64,000 nt of DNA from Lama glama (GCA_028534125.1 CM052832.1:10480001-10544000); one strand, 5' to 3'. Positions 1 to 12,907 are shown, counted from the first letter of the stretch. The notes: generated from the sequence alone by a model not told the origin. Made by a program: numbers and translations.

Positions 1-589
1 ATGAAACTATCAGGCAGAACTAATCCAAACATCGGCTTAATTAATCAACATTTGGCAGTCTATAACCACATGCTGCCGTCCAAATTACTTGTGACAACTT
101 TCTTAATACAAAACCAAAACATCTACGGGGAAGCAGGGGCTCTGTCAGCTGGCTGGAGAGCATGGCTCTTCAATTTATCTAATGTGTTTTAATAAAGCTG
201 CAATAAACCTTTAGTCTCCAGATGTGACAGGGAACATTTGGTTGCCAGAAAATGTCATTATTTTATTCTTAACTCATTAATGAAAACTTAAAGTGTCCTT
301 GAGGTGTAGACATGTTCTCCCCAAGAGATACCCCTGGACAGAGGGGGAGTTCATGCTCCAAAGAGGCCTTCGGGTCCGGTGGTTGGTGCTGCGGGCAGCC
401 AAGAAAGTAAATGTCGCCAGTTGGCTCCTTCTGAAGCTGAGATTCTTTCAGAGACTGACCTCAAGAACAGAAGAAGAATCCGAATAAGGATGATCATCTT
501 TTCTATTTATTTGCTACTTCATGGTTCACAGAGTACTTTCATGCATCTGGTCTTATCTGATCTTACAATAGATGTAGGCGAGGGAGGAA

Positions 590-725
590 TTCATTCCTTC
601 ATGTGCTCATTCCTTCACTCACCAGCAACATTCCTTAAGTACTTACTTGGTGCGAGGAATGAGGCTAGACATTGGAGACCCAGAAGTGAGCGAAATAGAT
701 GTGGTCCTGCTGTGCTGGACATCTT
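590..725 (-). mobile_element. L2 LINE 3' end fragment
   Basis: cattccttca...aacattccttaagtacttac...gacccagaagtgagcgaaatagatgtggtcctgc matches the reverse complement of the L2 3' terminus. Confidence 0.6.
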
Positions 726-744
726 CACTTACCCCTCCAGGTCC

Positions 745-1040
745 ACTCCCCATCCTCCACCACCCTGCCCTGTGCCCTGCAGGCTCCCTATACGGACTGC
801 GTCACCTGAACTGCCTTTGCTGTCTCCCTTCTTGTTGGGTTTGGTCAATGGGAAGCAGGAGACTGGAGGTGAGAGGAGATAGAGGCTGAGATATTCTTTC
901 TCTTGGTTTCCCTCCTGCTGGGCTGAGGCCAGCAGGATCTGCATTCCTCTGCCCAAGGCCACAGCTCCCACTCCTCCTAAGAACAACCACATCTTTCCAG
1001 ATTCTAGTAAGCTCTCTCCCCTCTTGCCTCTTCAGGCCTA
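745..1040 (+). mobile_element. ERVL LTR fragment, LTR33-like
   Basis: caccctgccctgtgccc...gttgggtttggtcaatgggaag...ggaggtgagaggagatagagg; same family as 20670-21120 and 31630-32045. Confidence 0.55.
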
Positions 1041-1043
1041 GGA

Positions 1044-1366
1044 AGGGTCCGCAAACCACTCTCAGACTTGATAACCTACTAGAAGAACTCAGAGAACTCA
1101 TGGTTATAGCTGATTAAAGGAAAGGACACAGACACACATCAGCCAGGGGAAGAAGTGCCGAGGACAGAGTCCACGAAAGGTACCGGATGTGGCGCTCTCA
1201 TGGCCTAGAGCTCTCATCATAAATCACACTGTTAGATGGCCTGGTGGTCAAAGCTCCAGCAAACAAAGATACTGTTCATACATGACATTTCAAGGGCCTA
1301 GAGATCACCTCCCAGCAGCTGAGAGCAAAGACCTCTCCTTGGGTAAAGTTAATTCTTTATTGCACA
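1044..1366 (-). mobile_element. MER21-like LTR, internally deleted
   Basis: gggtccgcaaaccactctcag...ctagaagaactcagagaactca and terminal gggtaaagttaattctttattgcaca resemble MER21. Confidence 0.7.
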
Positions 1367-1514
1367 TTAGCCCTTGTGGAGGACCTCTGTGTCCTGTTGA
1401 CAGCTCTCCAGGCCCATAGAAAGCCTTGTTCAGACTGTGAGCTCAGCCTGGCTGGCTTACATCAGTTTCTCAGATGGTAGAGGAAGGATCTAGAGGTGTT
1501 TAATCCAATTTTTA

Positions 1515-2200
1515 AAAACATATTTGTTGTTTTGCTCTATTATAAAATTAACAAATGCACATAGTAAATTTTTGTAACAAAGTTCCCCATCATATAACAT
1601 AATCCAGAAGTATATACAAAACAGAAGGTTCCCCATAATTCAAGAAATAACTGTTCCTAAAAATTTAGTTTATATTATTCCTATGCATATTTTAACATAC
1701 AAATATGTAATTACTTTGAACAAAAATGATGTACTATACTTAGTGTTCTGTAACTTGCTTTTTCCCCTTAGCAGTATATCATAGACGTGACATGGAGATG
1801 TCACCACATATAAATGAACCTCATTTTTTCAATGGCTGAAGAATATTCCAGTGTGAATGTACCACAATTTAACCAATTGCTTATTAATAGACATGTAGGT
1901 TATTGCAATTTTTTTTCTAATTCAAACAATGCTGCAATGAACATCCTTGTACATATATAATTGGGCCCTGTGCTAACATTTCTGTAGGGCAAATTCTTTA
2001 AAGACAGATTGCTGGATTAAAGGATATGTATATTTTTACAATTTAATAGATCTTGCCAAATCATACTTTGAAAAGTTGATCTAATTTGTACTCATAGTAA
2101 GGATGTATGGGAGTGCTGGATTCCTGTACCCCTTGCCAACTGGTTGTTATTAATTCTTTACATAAATCCAAATATGTGAAGTGAAACCAGCATTACGCTC
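1515..2200 (-). mobile_element. Ancient L1M (L1ME-like) 3' region
   Basis: AT-rich; aatggctgaagaatattccagtgtgaatgtaccacaattt...aacaatgctgcaatgaacatccttgtacata is the typical antisense L1 3' segment. Confidence 0.85.
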
Positions 2201-2574
2201 TTCTTATTCCTAGAGCTCGATGGCTGTCTAGTTCCCCTTCACCGTCTCCACTGCAGGGTGAGGAGAGGGCAGCTCTCTCTGCCCCAGCTTCATACAGGCT
2301 TGCGCAGAAGGGGTGGGAATCTTGGTGGCCATTTTGGATATCTGCCTATCGCCCTGGCTGACATGTGCATGGATTCTGTGTGCACTGAGCTTCAGAGGAG
2401 GGGCTAGGAAGAGCTGCAGTCCCAGGTGCACTGAACTTAGGCGGGATAACTGTAGTCTTCTGTTTTTGTCCTGTATGTGGTTACAGTGGAAAGTTCCTGA
2501 TGGGCCATGCAACAGCATCACTTGAGCTGTCTGCTGGCTCTTACTTCCCTTTTTCTGCCTTGTCCCTTTACTTA

Positions 2575-3110
2575 AAGGGGTGGATTCAGGTGGCCATGAT
2601 TATTCTACCCAACTGGGGTGGATGTCAGACCTAAGATAGAGCAATCAATTTTTCCTTCCTGAAAATTTGGAATTAGGGTTGAGGATATGCATTAGTAAAT
2701 GGTTGGAGATATTGAAGCTGGCTGGATGAGAATCCAGCAACTTGGGCAGCAACTTTATGCCACCTGCACAGAGGAGGGAATTCAATCAGGCGAGAGAAAC
2801 TAAAAAGTGAGAAGAGGTAATGGTGGGGTGACCAGTGGTATGGCTTGCTCAGGACTGACGGAGCTCCTGGGACACAGGACTGGAAGAGTTAAGGTCAGAA
2901 AGCCCCAGGCAAAGCAGGATGAGCTGGTCATCCTAGAGGAGAGAGACCTGTGGCCCCAGAGAGGGACAGAGAAGCTCCCCTGAATCGTGGTGCCCATCAG
3001 CGTCTGCTCTAATCCTGTGAGAAGCCTGGCTGGATTTCTTGGCCTGAATCCCAGGGACCTCCCGTAACCTCCCAACCCCTTTTTGTTTAAACTGGCCTAG
3101 AAGTGTAACT
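2575..3110 (+). mobile_element. Ancient ERVL/MaLR-type LTR, family uncertain
   Basis: gacctaagatagagcaatca...aatttggaatt and 3' tttgtttaaactggcctagaagtg resemble old eutherian LTRs; similar to 28450-28965. Confidence 0.4.
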
Positions 3111-3119
3111 TCCAGGAAG

Positions 3120-3452
3120 ATCATACTTCCCAGCTTCTTTGTCATTAGAGTGGGCCCACGTGATTGGATTCCTGCCAATGAGAAGGCAGGACATTTCCTT
3201 TCCAGTCCCAGGCAGTTCACACTGAGCGTGCGGGCCCCACACAATTCCTCCCTACCCTGCAGCTGCAAGTGAACAGCTCTGGGATGGGAGCATCAAAGTG
3301 GGGACAGCCTGGTCCTGGTCATGGTTGGAGGACAGCTGCCAAGGAGGGACCTGCAGGGGGCGCTTTGTGTGAGAAAAATCAAGACTTTTGTGTTCAGCCA
3401 CTGAGATTTGAGGGCTTGTCTGTCTCCACAGAACAGTTTTCTGACTAACACA
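3120..3452 (+). mobile_element. MLT1 (ERVL-MaLR) LTR
   Basis: cttcccagcttc...cacgtgattggattcctgccaatgag and 3' tgttcagccactgagatttgagggcttg...ctgactaacaca. Confidence 0.7.
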
Positions 3453-3951
3453 GTGGATTTCTTTTACTCTGAACCAAAAAAGCTTTCACTAAGATAGCCT
3501 GGGTCACCAGGGACTTACTGAGAGTGTCTTCAGTTTCAGGATGTCTGGGAGGGCTCTTAGTTGCTCCCTTACACAGTGGTTGGAGATGATAACCAGGCCA
3601 TGCCCAGCGGCAGGGTTTGGGAGCCCAGGTGCAGAGCAGGAGCTGCGGGTGGGAGCTGGCTTCACTCGGCTTCCCCCTGCCCTGTGAGCTGGCTCCAGCC
3701 CATCAACAGAAAACAGAGGTGAGGACCTAGCGGGAGCCTCCTGTGCCCAGAACAGGGCTGTCAGAGAGGCCTCCACTGCACCTGGGTCAAGTGAAGAAAC
3801 CAAGGTCCAGGATGTGAGGTCAGAGCCAAGCAAAGTTGGACACCTGAGAACCAGACCAGCCTGGCAGCAGGAATCCTACGTACTCTCTGCCTGTTACCAC
3901 CTGCTTAGGGACGATGAAACTTGGTTTCCAGATCTCAATGCTTATAGCAGA

Positions 3952-4227
3952 CTAATTCCTAGAAATACACCAATTACTAGAAATGCCTCAAGAGGAAATA
4001 GAATACTGAACAGACCTCTAACAGGGAAAGAGATTAAATCAGTAATTAAAAAAAAATCTTTCAATAAAGAAAAGTCCAGGACCAGATGCTTCATTGGTAA
4101 ATTTTAACAAATATTTAAAGAATGAACATTGATCCTTCTCAAACTCTTCCAAAAAAAAAAAAAAATCAAAGAGGAGGAACACTTCCTAACTCCTACAAGG
4201 ACAGTAGTTCCCTGATACCAAAGGCAG
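3952..4227 (+). mobile_element. L1 ORF2 fragment, degenerate
   Basis: Translates across frameshifts to QEEIE-LNRPLTGKEIKSVIK...KKSPGPD.F.G.F.Q.FKE..IL.KLFQK..EE..LPNS...SLIPK, the conserved L1 ORF2 segment just before the RT domain. Confidence 0.92.
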
Positions 4228-4549
4228 AGTCAGCTGATTTCTCAGTGGTGGGGAGGCACCCCCACGGCCTGCTGAGGCACTGCTAGGCAGTTGCCTAATG
4301 TAACTGACCTGACACAAATGGAGACTTTGGGCTGGGTGGGCATCTGGGACAACGACCTCTGGCTCCTCCTGAGTCCCCTGCCAAGTGCCCTGTGTTTACT
4401 GCAGAATGTCCCCTATGACCTCTCTCCTGATTCCCTAGGTCACTTGACCCACTAAGTCACCCATGCACCTGACAGGTATCCTCCCCAGGCTGGGCCGACA
4501 TTCCTTCTTGTCCCTGTTCCATCTTCTCTTTCTCCTAGTCCAGTCCTTG

Positions 4550-4702
4550 TCACGCTGTGCACACGAACCACCTGGGGGTGTGTTCAAGGGCAGACGCTGA
4601 TTTAGTCACCCTGGAGTAGGGCCTGAGACTCTGCATTTCTTTCAGCCTCTCAAGTGATGTCCATGCTTCCAGTCCCAGAGCAAGATTTTGAGTAGTGAGG
4701 GT
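4550..4702. mobile_element. MER5A-like hAT-Charlie MITE
   Basis: gaaccacctggggg...ctggagtagggcctgagactctgcatttct...caagtgatgtccatgct...ttttgagtagtgagg. Confidence 0.7.
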
Positions 4703-5782
4703 CCAGACCACCCATCCTGGCAGCAGCTTTTGAACCAAATTCACATGGCTACCTCGGGGAATTCTGGGAAGTCATCCCTACCTAGGGACCCTGGAAAGCA
4801 GGACTGTTCCATCTGTGCCAAAGGGGAGCCAGGAGCCCCTGCCTTCATCAGGACAGAGAGGGCGCTGCTCACCAACAGGCAGCTGGAGGCAGAAAGATGG
4901 AGACCTGCTGGGCCAGAGGAAGGCAGGCTAGAGGCAGTGGTTGCAGGGGGACCTCTGGCCTGGGAGGCATTACCAACTGCTAAGAGCTGCCGGGTTGACA
5001 ACTGGCGTGCAAGGCCTTTTACAGTCTAGGAAGCATTTCCATATTTCATCCTTTCATGAGACAGTGTGACAGACTTTACAGATGAAGAAACAATGGTCCT
5101 CAGTAAACAGGTGACTTGTTCCAGGATCCAATGGAGCCACCAGAAACTACATTACTGTCACCTGAGTCAGCTTAGAAGCTGGGTAGGGGACACTGAGGGC
5201 TTCTGTGTCAGTGTCTACCCTCTGAATAAGGAAAAGGACAGGAAGGTGAAAGGCATTGGTTGGGGGAAGGGCTGCAGGCACTGTGGTCCCAAGATGATGA
5301 GGGAGGGAGCCTCCATTTCTCCCTGGAGAAGGTGACCTGGGTGACAGGATGAGGGGAGGATGCAGCAGAACTGCTGCTTCAGTTCCTCCTTTTCTTTCCA
5401 GTGTGAACCAGACAATGTGCAGAATTGACACGAATAGGTGGTGCTTATAAAAATGCCACTGCTCCTAATCACATACTTGGAAGGAATTATGACACTAGAG
5501 GCGATCAGAAGGGACCATCATTGTCCCCTCTGAACATGCCTAAGGCATGAGGGATGACCACAGTGCACCCAGGTCCAGTGTGCACACACATACACATACC
5601 ACAACCCTCCAACATCCCTGTATCCTCCCTATCCCCATTCTTTACCCTCACCCCGCAACAGACACAGGTGGACAAATGAATAGGGACCTGGTGGTCCACA
5701 AGGCCATGGATATTGGTAGCAAACCAACATCTCACTCAAAACCAAAAAGACAGAAATCTTCAGTTGTTAAATTTCCTTCCAG

Positions 5783-6373
5783 ACAAAAACCATAATTCAA
5801 AAAAACACATGCACCCCAATGTTCATAGAAGTACTATTTACAATAGTCAAGATATGGAAACAACCTAAGTATCCAGTGACAGATGACTGGATAAAGAAGC
5901 TGTGGTATACATATACAATGGAATACTACTCAGCCATAAAAAGGAATGAAATAATACCATTTGCAGCAACATGAATGGACCTAGAGATTATCACATTAAG
6001 TGAAGTAAGTCAGACAGAGAAGGACAAATATCATACGATATCACTTTTACATGGAATCTAAAAAAAATGATACAAATCTTTTTATAAACCAAAAATAGAC
6101 TCAAAGACATAGAAAACAAACTATGGTTACCAAAGGGGAAAGGAAGGAGGAGGGATAAATTAGGAGTTTGGTATTAACAGATACACATTACTATATATGA
6201 AATAGATAAACAAGGACTTATAGCACAGGGAACTATATTCAATTTCTTGTAATAACATGTATTTTCAGATTCTTTTCCATTATATATATATATATATAGC
6301 TGAATTGCTTTGTTGTACACCTGAAATTAACATCATAAATCAAGTACAATTCAATAAAAAATTTTTTTTAAAA
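5783..6373 (+). mobile_element. 5'-truncated L1 (ORF2 C-terminus and 3' UTR), Cetartiodactyla type
   Basis: acatgcaccccaatgttcata...ggaatactactcagccataaaaaggaatgaaata...ggttaccaaaggggaaagg...tagcacagggaactatattc...aataaaaa; possible decayed TSD 5769-5782 / 6374-6387 (11/14 identical). Confidence 0.95.
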
Positions 6374-6409
6374 AGATCTCCTTTCAGCCAAACCAGATCA
6401 TGCCAGCTT

Positions 6410-6540
6410 TAGGCTTGGGTCCAGAGCCCCTGTAATCATCAGCTGTGTGCCATTGGGCAAGGCTTTCTGACCCCTCTGAGAGGCAGTTTTCTCATCTGGA
6501 ATATGGGCAAGATGGTCCCTGCAGAGTTGATATAAAGGAC
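6410..6540 (+). mobile_element. MIR SINE
   Basis: agctgtgtgccattgggcaag...cctctgag..cagttttctcatctggaatatggg core. Confidence 0.7.
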
Positions 6541-7044
6541 CCAGGAATCTATAATGTATGGTATTAACATGAAAAGCCAGCAGCAGCAATTGCAAGAACA
6601 CACTGCAGATATCATTCATGGGAACAAACACCCAAAACCCTGGGGGAGGCACATCGTATGCCCAGCTGGGCCCACCAGTGGACGCTCCTCAGAATATCCC
6701 TCCCTGGTGTTCCAGCCTGGCCACTTGACGTGAAGGAGCATGTAATCCCTGTTCCCTGGAGCCTCTCCTCGCTGCCACTTCCGAGGCAGGCCTGGGCAGG
6801 TGCCACGCTTCTCTCTGGGATTATGCTAATTGTATATTATCTCCTTGGCCAGGAGGCTGGCTCTTCAGCCCATGCGACTTCCACTCTCAGCTTCCCAGCC
6901 TGGCTGCCCCCTCGTGAACACCCAGGCTGTTGTTCAGTTGTTGCCGAAGCCCCAGGGGTGCTGTTCTGAGAAAGGGACAAAGATAGCTAACGTAAATCCT
7001 GTTGTAGTGCTCATGGGTGTCCCAGACTCACCCAGCAAAGGTGC

Positions 7045-7410
7045 GGTGAGCATCTGCTACTTGTTAAGCTCTGTATTTGGCTCCAGGATGCAGAGATGGA
7101 AAGACAGTCCTGGTTCTCAAGGAGCCCCCAGGCTTTATAGGGAGGTAGATGTCATGCAAGTGCTGAGTGTTACAACAGAGAAGTGTCAGAGTGGGTGGCA
7201 CTGTCACCGGGGGCGCCTCACAGAGGAGGCGATGCTGGAGAACAGACTCGAAGGGTAAGTAGGACTTTGTCAGATACAAAAGGATTGTAGGGACAAGAGG
7301 GAGACTTCCAGGCAGAGGGAACAGCGTGTGCAAAGGCAAGGCGGCTGTGGGGAACACGACACTTGGAGGGAATGGCAGGGAGCTGGGTGTGGTGGAGCAT
7401 AGGACCGTGG
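7045..7410 (-). mobile_element. L2 fragment
   Basis: gatgcagagatggaaagacagtcctggttctcaaggagc...ttccaggcagagggaacagcgtgtgcaaaggc. Confidence 0.75.
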
Positions 7411-7519
7411 GGCGCTGATGTCCAAATGCTCATGTGCTCAACTGTATGTGTCTGCACTGTTCCCTGACCAGACTGGAAACTCTTTGAAGACAGAGGCTGT
7501 ATATTTTGATTTACGTCTA

Positions 7520-7900
7520 TGTGTTCAATAAACTTGTGTTGGGAATACATTTTATGCAGGGCACTGTGTTGTTTCTTAAGCAGAGGAAAAAGACCAGGTC
7601 AAGAGTAGGTTCCTGCCCTAAAGAGGCTCCCGGTCCAGGGGAGGGTGGAGACAACACACTCAGACCACAGCAGGGCAGAACACACTGGAGCCTGAGTGGG
7701 AGCACCCAGGGTTTGGAGCCTCTGAAGGTGGGGCAGGAAAGAGATTAATGCCAACCAGGGAAAGTTTAGGGAGAAGGTGACGTTAAGCTGGCTCTTAAAT
7801 GTCAACAGAAAAGATGGTGGGAAGTTTATCCTTGTAAGTGGAAAGGCCAGCGTGTGTGAAGACCCAAGGTTTGAAAAATGCAGGTCAGTTCTGGAGTAAT
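7520..7900 (-). mobile_element. L2 fragment
   Basis: ttcaataaac...atgcagggcactgtg...tcctgccctaaagagg...cagggaaagtttagggagaaggtgacgttaagctg. Confidence 0.6.
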
Positions 7901-7984
7901 GATGAGACTCCCCTGACAGTGATGGTAGGTGTATGGGCTGTGACCGAGCATTTGGTGGGGAGGGAGTTAGAAACAGCAGGTACC

Positions 7985-8215
7985 CCTATTTAACATTTAC
8001 TGTGGGCCAGTCTCTTTCATATTATGTATATTTACATATTTTACATACATTAATTTATATAGTCTCCATAGTAGCACCATGAAGTAGATTATTCAAGAAT
8101 TTCAAGGCAGAGAGGCAGATTAACTGCCTGAGGTCACACAGCTAGTAAGCTGCAGAATAGGGGGTTGAATTCAGCCATTCTAGCTCAAGTTCATGCTCTG
8201 CACACTACCGTCCTC
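7985..8215 (-). mobile_element. MIR SINE
   Basis: aacatttactgtgggccag...taactgcctgaggtcacacagctagtaag...ggggttgaattcag. Confidence 0.75.
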
Positions 8216-8234
8216 GAACGGGATGATCGAATGT

Positions 8235-8760
8235 GGCAGATGTTACTATGCGCCTCCCTACTGCCATTCATTTGCTCTTGGCTGGCAGAGCCCCAGGTTT
8301 GCTTGAGGGTCTACCCCTCCCTACAGGACTCTAGGGTAACTCTCAATTCGTGTAAATCAGTTTTGGTAATCCCATTGCCCTGGCCAGTCACTGGTTCAGG
8401 AGGGGGCATGTAACCTAACGCTGACCAGTGAGAGAAGGGAATTCTGCTGGGGGCCTTTGGGGAAAAGGTTCTTCACCAGCAAAAATAGACACCCAAGAGG
8501 AAATGACTTATATTCTAGGGTGTGATGTTATCATGTCTAGAAGGGACCCCTTGAACTGTAGCAGTCATTTTACAGCCAAGAGGGTGGACTGGAAAGATGC
8601 AGGGAATCTACAGAGAACCGGCATCGAACCATGGAACATACCAGTTTTGGCAATTGCTCTACTCTGGGGCATCTGGTGGTGTGATATCATTCATCTTTCT
8701 GGCTAAAGCTCGTGGAGGTGAGGGTTTCTGTTACTTTCAGCCCAAAGCATCCCCTGGTAC
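8235..8760 (+). mobile_element. MLT1 (K/L-like) LTR
   Basis: cccattgccctggccagtcactggttcagg...gcatgtaaccta...ctgctgggggcctttggggaaaagg...gtttctgttactttcagcccaaagcatc. Confidence 0.65.
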
Positions 8761-8947
8761 TTAAGGAGATAGGCTGTGAAGGGGTTTCTTGCACGATGTC
8801 TTATATCCAGGCAGTTGCAACTGGAGAGAGAGGGGAACTTTTAGGATCCTTACAAATCACAGATCATAGGCAGACACTCTGGTCCAGCCCGAGATAGGGC
8901 TCACCACCCTGCAACAAAAGCAGATTGAAGGGGTGGGAGAGGGAAGC

Positions 8948-9110
8948 CAGGAGTCAGCAGTTCTGGGGTCTGATGTGACTTCACACTGAACTTGCTGGGT
9001 GACTGCGGGAAAGCCATCTGCCCTCTCTGAGTCGTAGCTTCATTATCTGTGAAATGAAGGAGTTGGACAAGATGTTCTTTTAGGGTCCTTCCAGCTCGAA
9101 TTCTCTGATG
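8948..9110 (+). mobile_element. MIR3/MIRc SINE
   Basis: ggagtcagcag...ttgctgggtgact...tctgtgaaatgaaggagttggacaagatg...gggtccttccagctc. Confidence 0.8.
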
Positions 9111-9924
9111 AGTTGTCATCTGTCTAAACCCATTAAGCTGCTTTACTAAAAAAATTAAGTGGGGGATGGTGGGGGCTGAAGTTGGGGGTGGTGGATGGGA
9201 AATTTATTCCAGTGACTGCCTTTGAGTCACCAAGACTGGCTGAGAAAAGTGTTTTTTTTTTTTTTCTCCAGAAATGGAGCAGAAAGATTTGGAATTGTCC
9301 ATTTTTACAGAGACTGGGAAGAGAGGCAAAGGGAAAGGTAGAGTTTGAGATGACTGCTTTCCAGGCTTGTGCGGTGAATCGGTTCTCAGGGCTACGGAGA
9401 GGACATTCTTACCTTCGTTACAGAACAGGGGTAGGAATGGGGAGGGCAGACACTCAAGAACCAGCTGCTGCAGCCCTTCAGTCCCTCTGGCTAAAGTGTC
9501 TTTGGAGATGGAACAGCATCACCAATTCTCTGCAGCGAGAAATCCTGGGTCGCTTTAGGCTGTAACATCTGCCTTACATTCAAATCCAAAGCAACCACTA
9601 GGCTAAATTTTAAGGTGTGAAATATTTGTTAAGAGTTCCTTCTTATCTTTCTTTTATCCCCTGCTTTAATCTCTTGGACTCATTTTCCTGATTTACGGGA
9701 GCTTGTGCGTCCATTTTCATCCTCACCCATTCCCACCCCTACCACTCTTCTCTGGATGTTCCCTCAGGCCTGTCCTTCTTAAATATGCTCTGAAATTGAT
9801 TTTAAATCCCAATCCACCCACATCTGTTTTCCAGGTGATTGGTCTCAGATAAGTGTCACGAAGGCAATCTGAGTTAACAAATTCACACTGAATTGTGAAT
9901 GACTGCTGGCTTTTTTTTCTCAAA

Positions 9925-10010
9925 TTACCTTTTTCTTTCTTTTCTTTCTCCCTTCCCTCCCCTCTCGTCTCCCTTCCCTCTGCTCTCTTCTTCCTTCTCT
10001 TCCCTTTTCA
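9925..10010. repeat. CT-rich low-complexity tract
   Basis: Near-pure polypyrimidine run. Confidence 0.8.
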
Positions 10011-10449
10011 TAAAAAGAAGTTTATTACATTGAGTTAATTTCTAGTATCAAAAATGCTGGGTATCATAAGGAAAATGAAGAGACTCTTTTCTGTCAGGGA
10101 AAAGAAATTTTGCAGGTGGACAATAGCACATGTATTTAACTTTCTCTTTTATGTGCCTTTTTTTGTTAACCTCAAAAACATCCTACACAGTCAGCAGAGA
10201 AACTTGGCTTCTTGAAGCTCTAAGTCCAGCAGGCTTAACCTGAGAATGTTAAAAATATCCTCAAGTTGACATACACACTGGTCTGGAGGCGGAAGATGGG
10301 GTGAGGTGGCTGTGATACAGCACAAAGTAAAAAGGAATGAAAATGTGAGATCCATTTTCTCTAGTTTGTACTGAGATCTAGACAGACCCCAGGGAGTGTG
10401 ATGATTCAGTATACACCATGTGAGTGAGATTGGCCAGCCACTCTTCTAA

Positions 10450-10610
10450 TGCTTTCCATGTATTAACTCATTAATCCTCTCAAACGAATCAGTGAGGTAG
10501 GCACTACTATTATTCCCATTTTACAGATGAGAAAACTGATCCACAGAGAGTTAAGAATTTTCTCGAGGCCATACAGTATCAGAGCCAGGCTTTGAACAGA
10601 GGCATTGTGG
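10450..10610 (-). mobile_element. MIR SINE
   Basis: tattaactcattaatcctc...gaggtaggcactactattattcccattttacagatgagaaaactga. Confidence 0.85.
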
Positions 10611-10734
10611 GTTCATCTAAACCTTTTCCCGTCCTTCCCATCAATACAGCCTGTCCCATGCTCTATCCATTCCATCTCATGAAATGAAAATGTAATTAAC
10701 CAATATCAAGGTGTAAAAGGTGAATGTTGTACTT

Positions 10735-11100
10735 TGTTATTAAGCAAACATTTTCTGCTTGCTCACGCCATGTCTAGCAAAGTAGATACTGTGTGGAATA
10801 AAAAGATCAATGCTATACGGTCCCTCCCTCAAGGAGCTCATAGTCAAGTTCAAAAGATCAATATAAATGCCTCGGATGCTGGATAGAAAGGGATGTGAGC
10901 CACTGGACAGGTTAAAAAAATGAAGGAAGAGGAAGAGATTGTAGCCTGGGGTCTACTCAGGAGGGGGATGATGTAGATTTGAGCTTGACTTTGAAGCCTG
11001 AGCTGAAGGAAAGAGCAGTCCTGCTGGCAGAAACAGCATGAGCAAAGGCCTCGAGACAGAAAGGCAAGAGCAGATTGGAGGAACGAGAAATGACCGTGTT
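10735..11100 (-). mobile_element. L2 fragment
   Basis: cggtccctccctcaaggagctcatagtc...tttgagcttgactttgaag...ggcagaaacagcatgagcaaaggcc. Confidence 0.7.
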
Positions 11101-12479
11101 AGACTGGTGCACTGGGAACAGCCATCAGGGAGCAGGGGTTGAGTTTTGGCTAAAGCAAAGTTTCAGTATAAACTGGAGCCTGAGGGAGTGGGTTTTTACC
11201 TTCTAGGTGCTATATGCACAATTATGCAGGGTTGTTCTGACAACAGCACTTTAAATCTCTGACTCTCAAACTAGGTTCCCCAACTACCCAGGGAGCACCC
11301 AGCAGCTCTGCTGGAAGGACCAAGCCACAGGGTGATCACTGTGCCTCTTCTTGGAGCAGCATTTCTCTTTGATGGATAGTATTTCAAAACTTTTCAAATG
11401 GAAACAAACATGAGGACATTGTGGCATAGAATGCAATATTTTCTATCATTTTTCAGCTAAAACAGGAGCCTTCAGGTAGACCATTTTGAGCTGCATTTGG
11501 AAGTGACAGTCAAACTTATTTAATGACCATTTTGAGCAGCAACCAATTGGAGCTGAAGGATCTTGAAGGATCCCAGCAACATCAGAAGTGAACCCTCCTC
11601 ACTGGGTTGTGGGGAGGACTGGAGCCCTAAAGGGAGTGGCTGAGGCCACAGTGAGGGAAGGCAAACAGGGACTCAGGACAGCATCCATTTGCCACCTGGC
11701 AGGGAAGTATGTCAGTATTTTAACCACCAGCTGGATACCTGTGCTGGCTACCCTCCTAGCAGCCCCAGGGAACCCACTGGCTTTCACCTTCCACTAAGTA
11801 AACATTGCAGAAACTTGGGGGAGCAATGCTTTGACCCAAGGGGTGACTCCATGTAGGAGGTTAGGGGTCTGGGGAGAGGTTTTCCAGGATGCAGTATGGC
11901 CCTGGGCACCCCCTAAACCACAATGTCTAGGTGATCATCTCCTTAGCCCTTGCCAACGGCCTAGCCTGCCTGCTTTACCCAGTGCTAATACATCCAGTGA
12001 AGTTCGCACAACACAGCCTTCCTGTAAGAGAGCAAAGCCTGCTATGCCACAGACCCACCCAATTTTACCTGTAAGTACTTTTCTCAGAAGTGCTTTGGAG
12101 GAAAAAAATCACCCAGACTCTTAGCAATACATCAAGGATGCTTGAGTGCATTTGAAATATAATGAGTATGCAGCCATAAAAGACATGCTTCATAAGAATC
12201 TTTTGAAAGAGGAAATAAAACAAATGATCCTGCCTTTGCATCTTGCCTCTCGGAAGCAGCAATGAGTCCCTTGGTGCTCTCCCCAAATCACAAACTCAGG
12301 TATAAATTACAATTAGTAATTAGGTTCTTGCATGGGAAGTGCCACAGTTAATGTTGAAGCAGGCAAACCTCCCACCTTTGGCTTGGCTACTTCAGGCAGT
12401 TTCTGTCTCCCCAGACCTGGTGGGGAGGCAGAGACACCCAGCCGCTCCCACCTGGCACAGGCCACATCCCGAGATAAAA

Positions 12480-12905
12480 TAGGGAAATACTTCATTCTTT
12501 TCTTAGTCCTTCTTGCAGCCAGGACTAGCCAGGTGATCGAATTCTGGCCAATGAGATACAAGGTATAGTCAGCTGGGGCTTCTGGGAAAATCTTTGCTCT
12601 CTCTTAAAAAGAGAAAGATGGTGAGGAGGTGCTTTGCCCTCCTCCTTTACTGCTTTGGTCACTGTCCTATGACGTGAGAATGTGATGGCAGGAACTGAGG
12701 AAGTTGTCTTGCAAGCACGAGCGGAGTGTGGTGGACACACTGAAGATGGCAGAATTGATGGATGGGAAGACCCTGGGTCCTTAATGTGGACAAGCTCCTG
12801 CTCAACCCCAGGAACCACCTACCCCTGCAAGTTTTATTACAAGAGAAGTAAACTGTTTTTATCCCACTTCTGGTCACGTGCTGTTACTAGTAGCCAAAAG
12901 CATCT
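12480..12905 (+). mobile_element. MLT1K-like LTR
   Basis: cttgcagccagg...ttctggccaatgagatacaag...ggggcttctgggaaa...gatggcaga...gaccctgggtcctt...ctgttactagtagccaaaagcat. Confidence 0.75.
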
Positions 12906-12907
12906 TA

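Noticed and set aside
379..882. 167-aa ORF
   Set aside because: Runs through L2 and LTR33 remnants; chance open frame
3814..4107. ORF containing LNRPLTGKEIKSVIK as a host gene
   Set aside because: Frameshifted L1 ORF2 remnant
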